64,000 bases of DNA, taken from positions 67,759-131,758 of the IMG/VR virus record IMGVR_UViG_3300018481_000018, one strand, 5' to 3'. Shown in pieces: positions 43,443 through 51,289 of the stretch. This DNA is from a virus (Duplodnaviria > Heunggongvirae > Uroviricota > Caudoviricetes). The translations under genes were made by a program, and so were the position numbers. The notes under the pieces are model-generated. The model saw only the letters and a list, made by a program, of their open reading frames with translations, did not search any database and had not been told where the DNA came from. Every line of letters begins with the position of its first letter. The first letter of the stretch is position 1.

Positions 43443-44413
43443 CACATGCTCCTCGATGTGAAGGGGTTGGGGCCTGGGCGGTTGCTCAGGCTGGTGGTAG
43501 GCCGGTTGCCCGGTCGTGGTGTTGGGCGTGGTGCCCGTTTCGGCACGGGCAGGAAGGGGTTGCGGCCGGGCCTCGGGCCCATGCCTGCATCCGGTACGGG
43601 GATGGGCTCGGGACGTGGAGCCTTGGCGCGCTGGCCCTCCTGCAAGAGCAGCATCCGCAGCGTGTTGCCGGGTGCGCGGTCCTCGCGCTCGCCGTACTTG
43701 GCCACGATCCACTCGCGGCCGAGCATCACAGCCTCAGCCACGGGCCTGGCCACCCAGGACTGGTGGGTCTTGACGTACTCGCCCGCCAGGCGCAGCACCT
43801 CGACGACGTGCTTGGACTCGACGCACAGGTCCTCAGCCAGTTGCCACACCCGGACGTAGTTGCCCTCGCGCAGCGGCTCGGGGCGCACCGGGTTCGGGCC
43901 CTCGATCACCCACGCGTCACCCAGGGCGTCGAAGAACTCGCTGGTGGGCGTGGCGAGCCAGTGGCGGTCGAACTCGTCCTCGGGCCAGTCCTCCTGTTCG
44001 GGCTCCTCGTACTGCTCGCAGTCCAGCCGGAAGGGAGAGCAGTCGTGGTGGTCGGAGCAGGAGTACTCGGGCTCGCCGTTGAGCAACTCGCGCTCCCAGT
44101 CGGCCAGCGGCTCCCACTCGGGCTCGCTCTGGACCGGCTCGGACCAGCCCAGGAGTTCGCGCTCCCAGTCAGCCAGGGGCTCTTCGTAGCGCTCGTCGGG
44201 CTCGGGCTGACGCTTCCACCAGTCGATCTGCCCGGCGGCGCTCAGGCCGTCGCCCACCATGCGCTCGGGCTCGGGCTCGGCGAGGCTCTCGACGATGGCC
44301 TGGCGCTTGGTCAGGCCATCGGGCTTGCGCCCGCACCAGTAGCACCCCTGGCAGCCGTCGCTGCGGCCGGCACGGTGTGTGCCCTTGATGCGAGGGTGAT
44401 CGGTGTTGCTCAT
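43442..44413 (-). CDS. hypothetical protein with internal duplicated PLADWERELL segment (323 aa)
   Basis: ATG 44413 (MSNTDHPRIKG..) preceded by GAAGGGAGATGCACA. Confidence 0.6.
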   Translation of the reverse strand: MSNTDHPRIKGTHRAGRSDGCQGCYWCGRKPDGLTKRQAIVESLAEPEPERMVGDGLSAAGQIDWWKRQPEPDERYEEPLADWERELLGWSEPVQSEPEWEPLADWERELLNGEPEYSCSDHHDCSPFRLDCEQYEEPEQEDWPEDEFDRHWLATPTSEFFDALGDAWVIEGPNPVRPEPLREGNYVRVWQLAEDLCVESKHVVEVLRLAGEYVKTHQSWVARPVAEAVMLGREWIVAKYGEREDRAPGNTLRMLLLQEGQRAKAPRPEPIPVPDAGMGPRPGRNPFLPVPKRAPRPTPRPGNRPTTSLSNRPGPNPFTSRSM

Positions 44414-44548
44414 TGTGCATCTCCCTTCGGAGTGTCTGCTCGGGCTGAGCAGGCCGAGCCAACGCACAAGCGCCCGCACCCGGACAGGTGAGGGTTTGCC
44501 TCACCCACCCAGGGGTCACGCTTGTGCGCTGGACAGCCCGCTAGCGGG

Positions 44549-44944
44549 CTAGGAGAGGACCAGGACGTGGTGGACGTGCGCCCACGCCACCTGGGCCTCG
44601 TGGTACTTGGAGCCGTAGACCGGGCTCTCGAGCCTGCCGGTGTGCGGCTGGACGACGATGCCCTCCTCGGTCGGGAAGTGGCCGGTGCGCGCCTGGATGG
44701 AGCCGCGCGTCAGTCGCTGGTCGATCGTGGGCAGCGCCTTGGCCTCGACCAGGACTGTGGCCTCGTCCCCGATGAACACGGCGAAGTCACCCGTCTCGTC
44801 GTAGTAGTCCGGCACCCGGAACACCGTGATGTCGGGCTGGATGGCGCTGGCTGGCTTCCTGCGCGGCTTGCGCACTCGGGCCGGCGCGTCAGGGTCGACG
44901 ACGGCGAGCAGGTTCTCGGTCATCTGGCTCTGGGTGGTGGTCAT
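44549..44944 (-). CDS. hypothetical protein (131 aa)
   Basis: ORF track; SD CCCCAAGGAGGCAGCC. Confidence 0.6.
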   Translation of the reverse strand: MTTTQSQMTENLLAVVDPDAPARVRKPRRKPASAIQPDITVFRVPDYYDETGDFAVFIGDEATVLVEAKALPTIDQRLTRGSIQARTGHFPTEEGIVVQPHTGRLESPVYGSKYHEAQVAWAHVHHVLVLS

Positions 44945-44975
44945 GGCTGCCTCCTTGGGGCATCGGTGTTGCGTG

Positions 44976-44999
44976 TGACTTCGGACGGGCGTCTGAAGT
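44976..44999. promoter_or_regulatory. imperfect palindrome GACTTCGGACG-GG-CGTCTGAAGTC (operator-like)
   Basis: 32 nt upstream of ATG 44944; one mismatch between arms. Confidence 0.5.
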
Positions 45000-45129
45000 C
45001 AGTTGTGCGGGTTGCGCTTGTCGTGCACCGCGATCGCCACGATGGCGAGTGCGGCCACGACCAGCAGGAACAGGCCGGTGGGCGAGAGCACGAGTGCCGC
45101 GATGGCCTCGCGTGCGGTCGGCTCGTCCA
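44998..45129 (-). CDS. small membrane peptide (43 aa)
   Basis: ATG 45129 adjacent to upstream stop; MDEPTAREAIAALVLSPTGLFLLVVAALAIVAIAVHDKRNPHN; high GC3. Confidence 0.35.
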
Positions 45130-45429
45130 TCAGGCACCGAAGTCGTCGAAGCTCAGGGCCGCGTAGGTCCTGCGCAGTCGGACGTGGAGCATCCGCATGG
45201 TCAGGCTCTGGGGCCTGCGCTGCGGGTTGCGGGCCAGGATGCGCTTGACCACGGCCTGACTCACGGGCCTACCGCCCGCGTCCTCGCTGTGGAAGATCAC
45301 CTGAGCCCGGATCGGGTCAGGGTGGGTGAGCAGCAGCCGCGCCTCCTCGTCGAGCATGGGCGTGTCGCCCCAACTGCGCCGGTCGAAGTTGGGGCTGATC
45401 GGGTCCAGGCTGTCGTCGTACTCGCTCAT
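45130..45429 (-). CDS. hypothetical protein (99 aa)
   Basis: ATG 45429 (MSEYDDSLDPI..) adjacent to upstream stop. Confidence 0.5.
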   Translation of the reverse strand: MSEYDDSLDPISPNFDRRSWGDTPMLDEEARLLLTHPDPIRAQVIFHSEDAGGRPVSQAVVKRILARNPQRRPQSLTMRMLHVRLRRTYAALSFDDFGA

Positions 45430-45430
45430 G

Positions 45431-45781
45431 TCAGTAGCCCATCTGCTCGGCGTAGTGGTCACGCTGGCTGCGCGCCTCGGTGTCGCACTCGTCGCGGCAG
45501 AACGTCGCCTCGACTGCGCGGTTGCCCTCGTCGGTCACCTCGTGCCAGGACAGGCGCGAGGTGTCGTCGTCGGCGAAGTAGGTCACGTTCAGCGTGGCCC
45601 CGGCGAGCGGCACGAAGGACACCACCGAGGCGAGCACGCGGTTCTTGAAGGCGTGCTCGCTGTGCTGGTCCTCGGGCGAGACCTGCTCGCCTCCGGGCTC
45701 CTGCGCCATGACCCAGGACCTGTCCAGCGGCCCGTCGCAGTCGATCGAGCGGCTCTCCAGGTGTGCGTGCAGTGCGCTCAT
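45431..45781 (-). CDS. hypothetical protein (116 aa)
   Basis: ATG 45781 (MSALHAHLESRS..) preceded by GAAAGGAGGTGCGCG. Confidence 0.55.
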   Translation of the reverse strand: MSALHAHLESRSIDCDGPLDRSWVMAQEPGGEQVSPEDQHSEHAFKNRVLASVVSFVPLAGATLNVTYFADDDTSRLSWHEVTDEGNRAVEATFCRDECDTEARSQRDHYAEQMGY

Positions 45782-45823
45782 CGCGCACCTCCTTTCGTCA
45801 GGGTTGACGGTCAACCCAAGGCC

Positions 45824-45852
45824 GGGGGCCAGCGCCCGAAACGCTGGCCCCC
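45824..45852 (-). terminator. 11-bp perfect stem hairpin GGGGGCCAGCG(cccgaaa)CGCTGGCCCCC
   Basis: 32 nt downstream of stop of gene 45886..46503; adjacent palindrome GGGTTGACGGTCAACCC at 45801-45817. Confidence 0.5.
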
Positions 45853-45885
45853 ACCCTGCTGCGACCGTCAGGCCGTCAGGGTTGC

Positions 45886-46503
45886 TCAGACCTGCGCGGC
45901 CACGGCCGCGTCGATCTCGTGGCGGTCGAACTTGCCGGTCTCGGCGAGCGACTCGCGCAGCGCCCACTCCGAGCGCGGCGTGATCCGGCCCATCGCGTCA
46001 CGCGGGCCGTCGGCCGGGCGCACCTTGGCCGGCGCGTTGGCGTCAACCTTGGCGACCTGGCGGGTGCCCTTGCGACCCTTGGCCTTCGAGCCCTTCTTGG
46101 CGCTCGACTTCTTGGCCTTGGCGGCCGACTTGGTGCCCACGCTGGGCGTGCCGAACTCGCCGGTCAGGACCTTGGTCTTGCGGCCCTCGCCGATGGCCCA
46201 CGGGCCCGTGAGCTCCTGCTCGCCCGCCACGACCGCCTCGGCGATCGCGTTGACCGACAGGCCCTGCGCCCACTTGTGGGTGCGCTTGAACGCGGCCTGG
46301 TTCTTGCGGGTCAGGTACCGGACCTCGCCCTTGGGCGCGGCCTTGGTGCCCTTGGCCTTGGTGCTGGCCTTCGAGCCCGCCTTGGAGCCCTTCTTGGCCG
46401 TGTTGGGCACGTTGCCCTCCAGGGCCGACAGCAGCGCGGTGATCTGCTCGCCGAGGGTCTCGACGGACTGCTCGAGCACGCTGATGCGGGTGTTGTTCGT
46501 CAT
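45886..46503 (-). CDS. lysine/alanine-rich histone H1-like DNA-binding protein (205 aa)
   Basis: Repeated AKKGSKA/KAKG tracts; ORF track. Confidence 0.55.
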   Translation of the reverse strand: MTNNTRISVLEQSVETLGEQITALLSALEGNVPNTAKKGSKAGSKASTKAKGTKAAPKGEVRYLTRKNQAAFKRTHKWAQGLSVNAIAEAVVAGEQELTGPWAIGEGRKTKVLTGEFGTPSVGTKSAAKAKKSSAKKGSKAKGRKGTRQVAKVDANAPAKVRPADGPRDAMGRITPRSEWALRESLAETGKFDRHEIDAAVAAQV

Positions 46504-46648
46504 GACATGACCTCCTGGGTCGGTTGCGTGCCTGGACTTCCCAGGTCACGCGCCTGCGGCATCGCATGACCGCCGTCGAATCGGCGGCCCGCTGTGCGCC
46601 CACAGGCTGGATGTGCGTCTATGTGCAGACGACACGCCCACCGAGCCG

Positions 46649-46670
46649 CTTCAAACGGGCGTCTGAAGCG
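46649..46670. promoter_or_regulatory. imperfect palindrome CTTCAAACG-GG-CGTCTGAAG (operator-like)
   Basis: Intergenic 46504-46685; family consensus. Confidence 0.45.
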
Positions 46671-46685
46671 GTCGGAAGGGGTGTG

Positions 46686-47066
46686 TCAGGCGGGGGTGCC
46701 CTGGATGTAGCACCCGTAGTTGCTGTTGTGCGCCACGACCCTGCGGCCGTGCTCGTTGGCGTAGACCTTGCAACCGAAGGCGCACTCGCTCATGGCGACC
46801 TCGCCCCAGGTGCCCTCGGGCAGGGGCTCGGTCACGCCGATCTCCACAGGGCGGCCCTCCATGAGCGCCTGCTCGGTGGGGGACATCTGGCGCTCCAGCA
46901 CGTGGCTCAGGCGCACGGTGGTGTCCACGCCGTCCTCCAGGGCCGCCTGAGCGGGGGTCCGGGAGAAGCGGTGCTTGCGCGTCTGGGGCACGTGCACCTT
47001 GGCCGGCGCGATCGGGGTCACCTCGGCGAGCAGGTGCTTGGGCAGGGTGGTGGTGGTGTCCTGCAT
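46686..47066 (-). CDS. hypothetical protein (126 aa)
   Basis: ORF track; SD GCCCAAGGAGGCAACCCC. Confidence 0.6.
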   Translation of the reverse strand: MQDTTTTLPKHLLAEVTPIAPAKVHVPQTRKHRFSRTPAQAALEDGVDTTVRLSHVLERQMSPTEQALMEGRPVEIGVTEPLPEGTWGEVAMSECAFGCKVYANEHGRRVVAHNSNYGCYIQGTPA

Positions 47067-47118
47067 GGGGTTGCCTCCTTGGGCATCTGCACATAGGGGC
47101 TTTCCCTAGGTGCGGTTC

Positions 47119-47132
47119 TGGACGGGCGTCCA
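47119..47132. promoter_or_regulatory. perfect palindrome TGGACG-GG-CGTCCA (operator-like)
   Basis: 53 nt upstream of ATG 47066. Confidence 0.5.
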
Positions 47133-47136
47133 TAGC

Positions 47137-47156
47137 GCGCCCTCCTGGGAGGGCGG
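47137..47156 (-). terminator. GC hairpin GCGCCCTCC..GGAGGGCG downstream of gene 47170..47397
   Basis: Inverted repeat seen in sequence. Confidence 0.35.
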
Positions 47157-47169
47157 CTAAAGCAGCCGG

Positions 47170-47397
47170 TCAGAGGGTGGGGCTCAGGTAGACGCCCTGG
47201 TGGTCGCAGTAGGGCGAGCACCAGGGCACCGTGGGGAGCGTGCCGTAGATCGCCATGCGCACAGTGGAGTGGGTGCGCTTGGAGTCCTGGCGCTGGTTGC
47301 GCCGGGTGCCCTCATGCGCCTCTGCGCACAGGGTGTTGAAGGTGGCCCCGATGTCGGGGTCATGGGTGCGGTAGACCGTCACCATGCGACGTTTCAT
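47170..47397 (-). CDS. hypothetical protein (75 aa)
   Basis: ORF track; SD CTGAGGAGGCGCG. Confidence 0.5.
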   Translation of the reverse strand: MKRRMVTVYRTHDPDIGATFNTLCAEAHEGTRRNQRQDSKRTHSTVRMAIYGTLPTVPWCSPYCDHQGVYLSPTL

Positions 47398-47666
47398 GCG
47401 CGCCTCCTCAGGCGTAGTGGGTTCTGGTGCTCGAGCGCGTCCTGCACGCGCTCGCTTAGCTCGACACGCTGGGTGGTGCGGTCACGGTCGAACCGGGCGA
47501 TAGCGGACATCTCGCCACGGGCCTTGCTGTGGGCGTAGTGCTTGCGCATCCGGTGCGTCACGCCCACCCGGTAGTCAGGCGCACCGTGGTTGAACCGGGG
47601 CCGTGCTGCCACCAGGGCGATCAGGTCACGCCCCTGCTGGGTGCGGGCCTCGTACTGGGCGCTCAT
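47394..47666 (-). CDS. hypothetical basic protein (90 aa)
   Basis: ATG 47666 overlaps upstream stop (ATGA). Confidence 0.5.
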   Translation of the reverse strand: MSAQYEARTQQGRDLIALVAARPRFNHGAPDYRVGVTHRMRKHYAHSKARGEMSAIARFDRDRTTQRVELSERVQDALEHQNPLRLRRRA

Positions 47667-47920
47667 GCGAACACCGGGTGAGTGCCGTCGATCACGGACA
47701 CGGGCACAACGGCGGTCACGAAGTAGCAACCCCGAGGCGCAGGGGCCGAGCACACGATCGCTCCCCCCAGGCCCAGGATCACGCGCCTGAAGTTAGCCAG
47801 GTGCTCAGCAGCAACCGTCTCTGTGGGCAGGGCGTGCATGACCACAGGTGCACTCGTGGTGTAGGGCACGGTCAGTGTGGTGGTGGGAGTAGGGGCGTGT
47901 GTGTGCTTGCGTCGGAACAT
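47663..47920 (-). CDS. hypothetical protein (85 aa)
   Basis: ORF track; SD ACAGGAGGACTGACCC. Confidence 0.5.
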   Translation of the reverse strand: MFRRKHTHAPTPTTTLTVPYTTSAPVVMHALPTETVAAEHLANFRRVILGLGGAIVCSAPAPRGCYFVTAVVPVSVIDGTHPVFA

Positions 47921-48051
47921 GGGTCAGTCCTCCTGTGTGTGGGTCAGCGTTGCGCAGCGGATTGCGGCGCAGATTGGAGCGCTGTTATGCACATATGGGC
48001 GGGGTCGTGACGTGTCCAAGGAGGGACATGTACACATAGCGTCCGATATGC

Positions 48052-48104
48052 GTGCCTGGGAGGGGAGTCGAACCCCTCTGAGCGGCCTTGAACCGCGCCA
48101 GGCA
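48052..48104 (-). other. tRNA-like fragment lacking D-arm (acceptor stem, anticodon-like stem-loop, T-arm GGGGTTCGACTCCCC); possible attP core or tRNA remnant
   Basis: Manual fold on - strand: GCCTGGC|GC|GGTTCAAGGCCGC|TCAG|AGGGGTTCGACTCCCCT|CCCAGGC; 6/7 acceptor pairs. Confidence 0.4.
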
Positions 48105-48123
48105 CCCCTTGCAGGGGTGTGCG

Positions 48124-48453
48124 TCAGAGGCCGAGGGCCTTGAGCGCCTGCTCAGGGGTCTTGCCGGCGTCGCGCAGGACCTGCGCCTCGGTCCAGCGGT
48201 CCATGAGCGCCTTGCAGGTGCCCGCCTTGCGCCCGTGGGCGGCCTTGCGGGTGATCTTCGAGTTCCACGCCTTGCGCTGGGCGCGCGTCAGCGCCTGTGC
48301 GGGCTTGGCGTCAGCCTTGGGGGCCTTCGCCTTGCGCGTGGTCTTGGCGGGCGCGTCCACCTCCAGGTGCGCGAGCAGCCTGTCGATGTTGGTGCTCAGC
48401 GCCTCGACCGAGGTCTCCAGGCGTGCGATCCGGTGTGCGTGCGTTGCGGCCAT
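48124..48453 (-). CDS. small basic Lys/Ala-rich protein (109 aa), possible DNA-binding/regulatory
   Basis: ORF track; SD ACAAGGAGCC. Confidence 0.55.
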   Translation of the reverse strand: MAATHAHRIARLETSVEALSTNIDRLLAHLEVDAPAKTTRKAKAPKADAKPAQALTRAQRKAWNSKITRKAAHGRKAGTCKALMDRWTEAQVLRDAGKTPEQALKALGL

Positions 48454-48640
48454 GATGGCTCCTTGTGTGTGTCGAGCCTCCTTGTGAGCCTCGATTCACC
48501 CTTGATCGAGCGACCCTCTAATCGGCTCTGCGTCGCATCCATGTTTCTGACGATGCCCCCCCCGTTCTGGCAAGTCTTTTCCACGCTCAGCGAGAAGGGG
48601 TACGCCACGTACCCAGACACAGCTCGGGTTGGCTGAGCTC

Positions 48641-48656
48641 CCTTGTTCGGATTGGG
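48641..48656 (-). promoter_or_regulatory. promoter-like motif copy (CCCAATCCGAACAAGG on - strand)
   Basis: Matches CAATCCGAACA core; start of 520-bp non-coding region. Confidence 0.4.
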
Positions 48657-49158
48657 CAGGCGCACAGCAGGCACTCCCAGAGACCACTGCACACAGCAGA
48701 GATACAGACGCGCGTCGATATTCGGGCCCCAGGTGTCTCCCCAGCTCAGCGCGGTGGACTGGCCGGTTTACCCGTCACGCGTAGATCAGGTAGATCCGCA
48801 GGGCTCACCGCTCTTCCCCAGGACCACGAGGGTCGGTCAGTAGCAGGAGACGGGCCCTCGAGCTCACAGCCGGCACCAGACAGCCCAGGACCGTCAGATG
48901 GGCACCCGGGCGCACAGCATGGGTCACGGTTCGCCCAGGACGAGCTCCGACGAGCTCCTGGATTACGCGCGAATTACCGCGCGGGCCGAATTTTCGTCGA
49001 TCGCCTGCGGCGATGGATTCCTGCTGGGCCTGTGAGCTGGGCCTGTACCGCGCGTGTGATGTGCGTGAACCAGAGAGCACCGCCTGCGTAGTATTTTCAG
49101 ACAGGCGTTCAAAGTGGCGTTGTGTGCATGGGAATGTGGTTGACCGTTCGGACGAGTG

Positions 49159-49521
49159 TCAGGAAGAGGCGCTTTCTTCCTCGGCGCGCCTACGGAGCCA
49201 GTCGGAGACGTACTGGGCGTTGGCCATCCGCTCCTGGACTCGGTCCGGTCTCCTGGGAGCGTCAGCCCACTGGCCGGTCTGCCAGGCGTCGGCAGCTTCG
49301 CGCAGGGCAGTGGCCTTGATCTGCTGGATGGCGCTGGCTCGGTAGACCGGGACCCGGGGCCGGTGGGACAGGCTGGCGTGGCTACGCAGGCTCGCTTCGG
49401 CGTCCTCGCGGGTCTTGTTGCCCTGGCTGTGCGTCCAGCCACACCGGTCGATGGCGCAGACGGCCTCCCACTCGCTCCATCGGGCCTGTTGCACGTAGCC
49501 GATCTGCTCGTCATCAGTCAT
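49159..49521 (-). CDS. hypothetical protein (120 aa)
   Basis: ORF track; very high GC3. Confidence 0.55.
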   Translation of the reverse strand: MTDDEQIGYVQQARWSEWEAVCAIDRCGWTHSQGNKTREDAEASLRSHASLSHRPRVPVYRASAIQQIKATALREAADAWQTGQWADAPRRPDRVQERMANAQYVSDWLRRRAEEESASS

Positions 49522-49819
49522 GGGACTGGCTCTCCTGCTGTCGGACCACTTCGGCGCAACTCGGGCAGAAGGTGAGCACTACATCGAGGTCATGACCCTG
49601 GTCGTCGTCGGCCTTCTCGTCCGGGAAGCACGAGCCGTAGCAGGCCAGCCACCCGAACTTCTTGACCCCGACGCGCGACCACCGCCGCGTGACCGTGACC
49701 GCCGCGCCGCAGCCCATGAGGGACGGCACCCCGTCACAGCGGTACTCCCAACCGCCACCCACCTTCTCGGCCAGACCGTCGAAGCCAGTCCATCCGTTCC
49801 TTCGCGCCAACGTGGTCAT
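49514..49819 (-). CDS. hypothetical Cys-containing protein (~101 aa)
   Basis: ATG 49819 (MTTLARRNGWTGF..) overlaps upstream stop; ORF track 49514..49894. Confidence 0.45.
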   Translation of the reverse strand: MTTLARRNGWTGFDGLAEKVGGGWEYRCDGVPSLMGCGAAVTVTRRWSRVGVKKFGWLACYGSCFPDEKADDDQGHDLDVVLTFCPSCAEVVRQQESQSHD

Positions 49820-50016
49820 GGTGCGGCGGGGATAAACTTGTACTCCACCTCCGAGGCCCAGGTCGTCTTTTGCAGGTGCTGGTACCTGTCCCACGCAGTG
49901 TCGCGAAACTTGATGACCTCCTCGTGGCGCACGATCTCGCCGTTGTCGTACGACGTGTACGAGACGAGGTAGTTCAGGGCCGGGTCCTCGTAGCCCGAGG
50001 TTGGCTCGTGCCTCAT
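49816..50016 (-). CDS. hypothetical protein (66 aa)
   Basis: ORF track; ATGA coupling. Confidence 0.45.
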   Translation of the reverse strand: MRHEPTSGYEDPALNYLVSYTSYDNGEIVRHEEVIKFRDTAWDRYQHLQKTTWASEVEYKFIPAAP

Positions 50017-50219
50017 GCGTCCTCCTGGACTCGTAGGTTCTCGGGCATCACGTGATCCTCGCGGGGGCTGGCCAGGTCGTTGAAAGCCTCGTCGATGCGC
50101 GCCGTCTCGGCTGGGAAGTCGCGCGCGAGCTCGTGTCCCAGCCGGGTTCCATCACAGTGCGCCAGGTTGCAGCTGTGCGTCACCATCGCGCACCGCGTTT
50201 GCGGGCGATCGCGATACAC
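50013..50219 (-). CDS. hypothetical protein (68 aa)
   Basis: ORF track. Confidence 0.4.
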   Translation of the reverse strand: MYRDRPQTRCAMVTHSCNLAHCDGTRLGHELARDFPAETARIDEAFNDLASPREDHVMPENLRVQEDA

Positions 50220-50398
50220 CGTGGGCAGTCGACCTGGGCCCAGTCATCGGTCCAGGTGCCAGCCTTGGGTCCGCACACCGTGTCGGTGTCGCGGTTTCTC
50301 GGCCGGCCGGGTTTCGGCTTGGCGTAGTAGACGCCGTGCACGGTCTCGGTGGTGATTCTGGGTTTGGTCTCAGTCTTGGTCGACATGCCCGGCATCAT
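50180..50398 (-). CDS. hypothetical basic protein (~72 aa)
   Basis: ATG candidates 50398/50395/50386 right after promoter-like motif; ORF-track start 50416 is TTG inside the motif. Confidence 0.4.
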   Translation of the reverse strand: MMPGMSTKTETKPRITTETVHGVYYAKPKPGRPRNRDTDTVCGPKAGTWTDDWAQVDCPRCIAIARKRGARW

Positions 50399-50402
50399 AC
50401 CT

Positions 50403-50419
50403 GGCAATCCGAACAAAGG
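50403..50419 (+). promoter_or_regulatory. promoter-like motif GGCAATCCGAACAAAGG at divergent switch region
   Basis: CAATCCGAACA core; last - strand gene starts at 50398, first + strand gene at 50430. Confidence 0.5.
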
Positions 50420-50429
50420 GCGCTAGTCT

Positions 50430-50675
50430 GTGCTCGTGAACTCTCCTTGGAACAAGGCCAGTGGCGATCAACGACTCGTAGCGCTGACCCAGGCATCATG
50501 GCTCATGTCGGCGGCGGGGATCGGGTTGGCAATCGGCTGGCTGGTGGAGAACACCGATGCGGGGCCTGATGACATCGGCCTGTACCTGGTACTCACGTTC
50601 TTCTTGATCTCGGCCGGGTTGCGGATCCATGCCTCTCGCTACAGGCATCACCACCGTAAGGACTCTGGGCTGTGA
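50430..50675 (+). CDS. small membrane protein (start uncertain: GTG 50430/50436 or ATG 50505)
   Basis: ORF track; TM LVLTFFLISAGL; GC3 rises after 50505. Confidence 0.4.
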   Translation: MLVNSPWNKASGDQRLVALTQASWLMSAAGIGLAIGWLVENTDAGPDDIGLYLVLTFFLISAGLRIHASRYRHHHRKDSGL

Positions 50676-50857
50676 CGGAGTTCCAGTGCCCGTACGCCGA
50701 GAAGGGTCAGAGCCGGTGCCATCCGGCGATCTGCGACTGCTTCATCGAAACTCATCCCGATGACCCGTTCGGTCTGCATCCTGAGGACTTCCTGGTCAAC
50801 GGACACCGCTATGACCTGGAGGGCCACATGGCCGATTGTCCTGGATGTCTCCCATGA
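50672..50857 (+). CDS. hypothetical Cys/His-rich small protein (61 aa)
   Basis: ORF track; ATGA overlap. Confidence 0.5.
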   Translation: MTEFQCPYAEKGQSRCHPAICDCFIETHPDDPFGLHPEDFLVNGHRYDLEGHMADCPGCLP

Positions 50858-51126
50858 GCGTCACCTTGACTGACAGTGAGGTCGCCCTGACGTGTCAGGA
50901 CGGTCGATGCAACGTGCCGCACTTTCATGCCAGTGCGATTCACGCGATCAAGGCGGACGCGATGGCCAGGGTGCTCGAGCGCGAGGCCGAGTCGCTGATC
51001 CAGGAGACCTGCTCGGGCAACTACAACCCGAACGCGTGCGAGACCTGCCGAGTAGTGGAGGGCTTGCGCGCTACGGCGGCTTACATCCGGGCCGACTATC
51101 TGAAGAATCACTTCAACGAGTCCTGA
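50854..51126 (+). CDS. hypothetical protein (90 aa)
   Basis: ATG 50854 overlaps upstream stop (ATGA). Confidence 0.5.
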   Translation: MSVTLTDSEVALTCQDGRCNVPHFHASAIHAIKADAMARVLEREAESLIQETCSGNYNPNACETCRVVEGLRATAAYIRADYLKNHFNES

Positions 51127-51139
51127 GGAGGACCATCTG

Positions 51140-51289
51140 ATGGAGACCTACGCGTTCTGCGAGTACGGCGACTGTCGCGTGCTGCTGTTCCAGATCGAGG
51201 ACCCCGCCGGCGATACGGCCGTGAACGGCAACTGCCCCAGCTGTGGCCGCTTCGGTCGGACCAAGGACAAGGCCAGTGCCGGAGACTGA
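51140..51289 (+). CDS. zinc-ribbon small protein (49 aa)
   Basis: ATG 51140 preceded by TGAGGAGGACC; CxxC..CPSC; below ORF-track size cutoff. Confidence 0.5.
   Translation: METYAFCEYGDCRVLLFQIEDPAGDTAVNGNCPSCGRFGRTKDKASAGD

Noticed and set aside
48963-49514. 183-aa minus ORF in the 48454-49158 non-coding region
   Set aside because: The translation is Pro/Arg/Ser/Thr-rich junk. It overlaps the genuine gene 49159-49521 in another frame.
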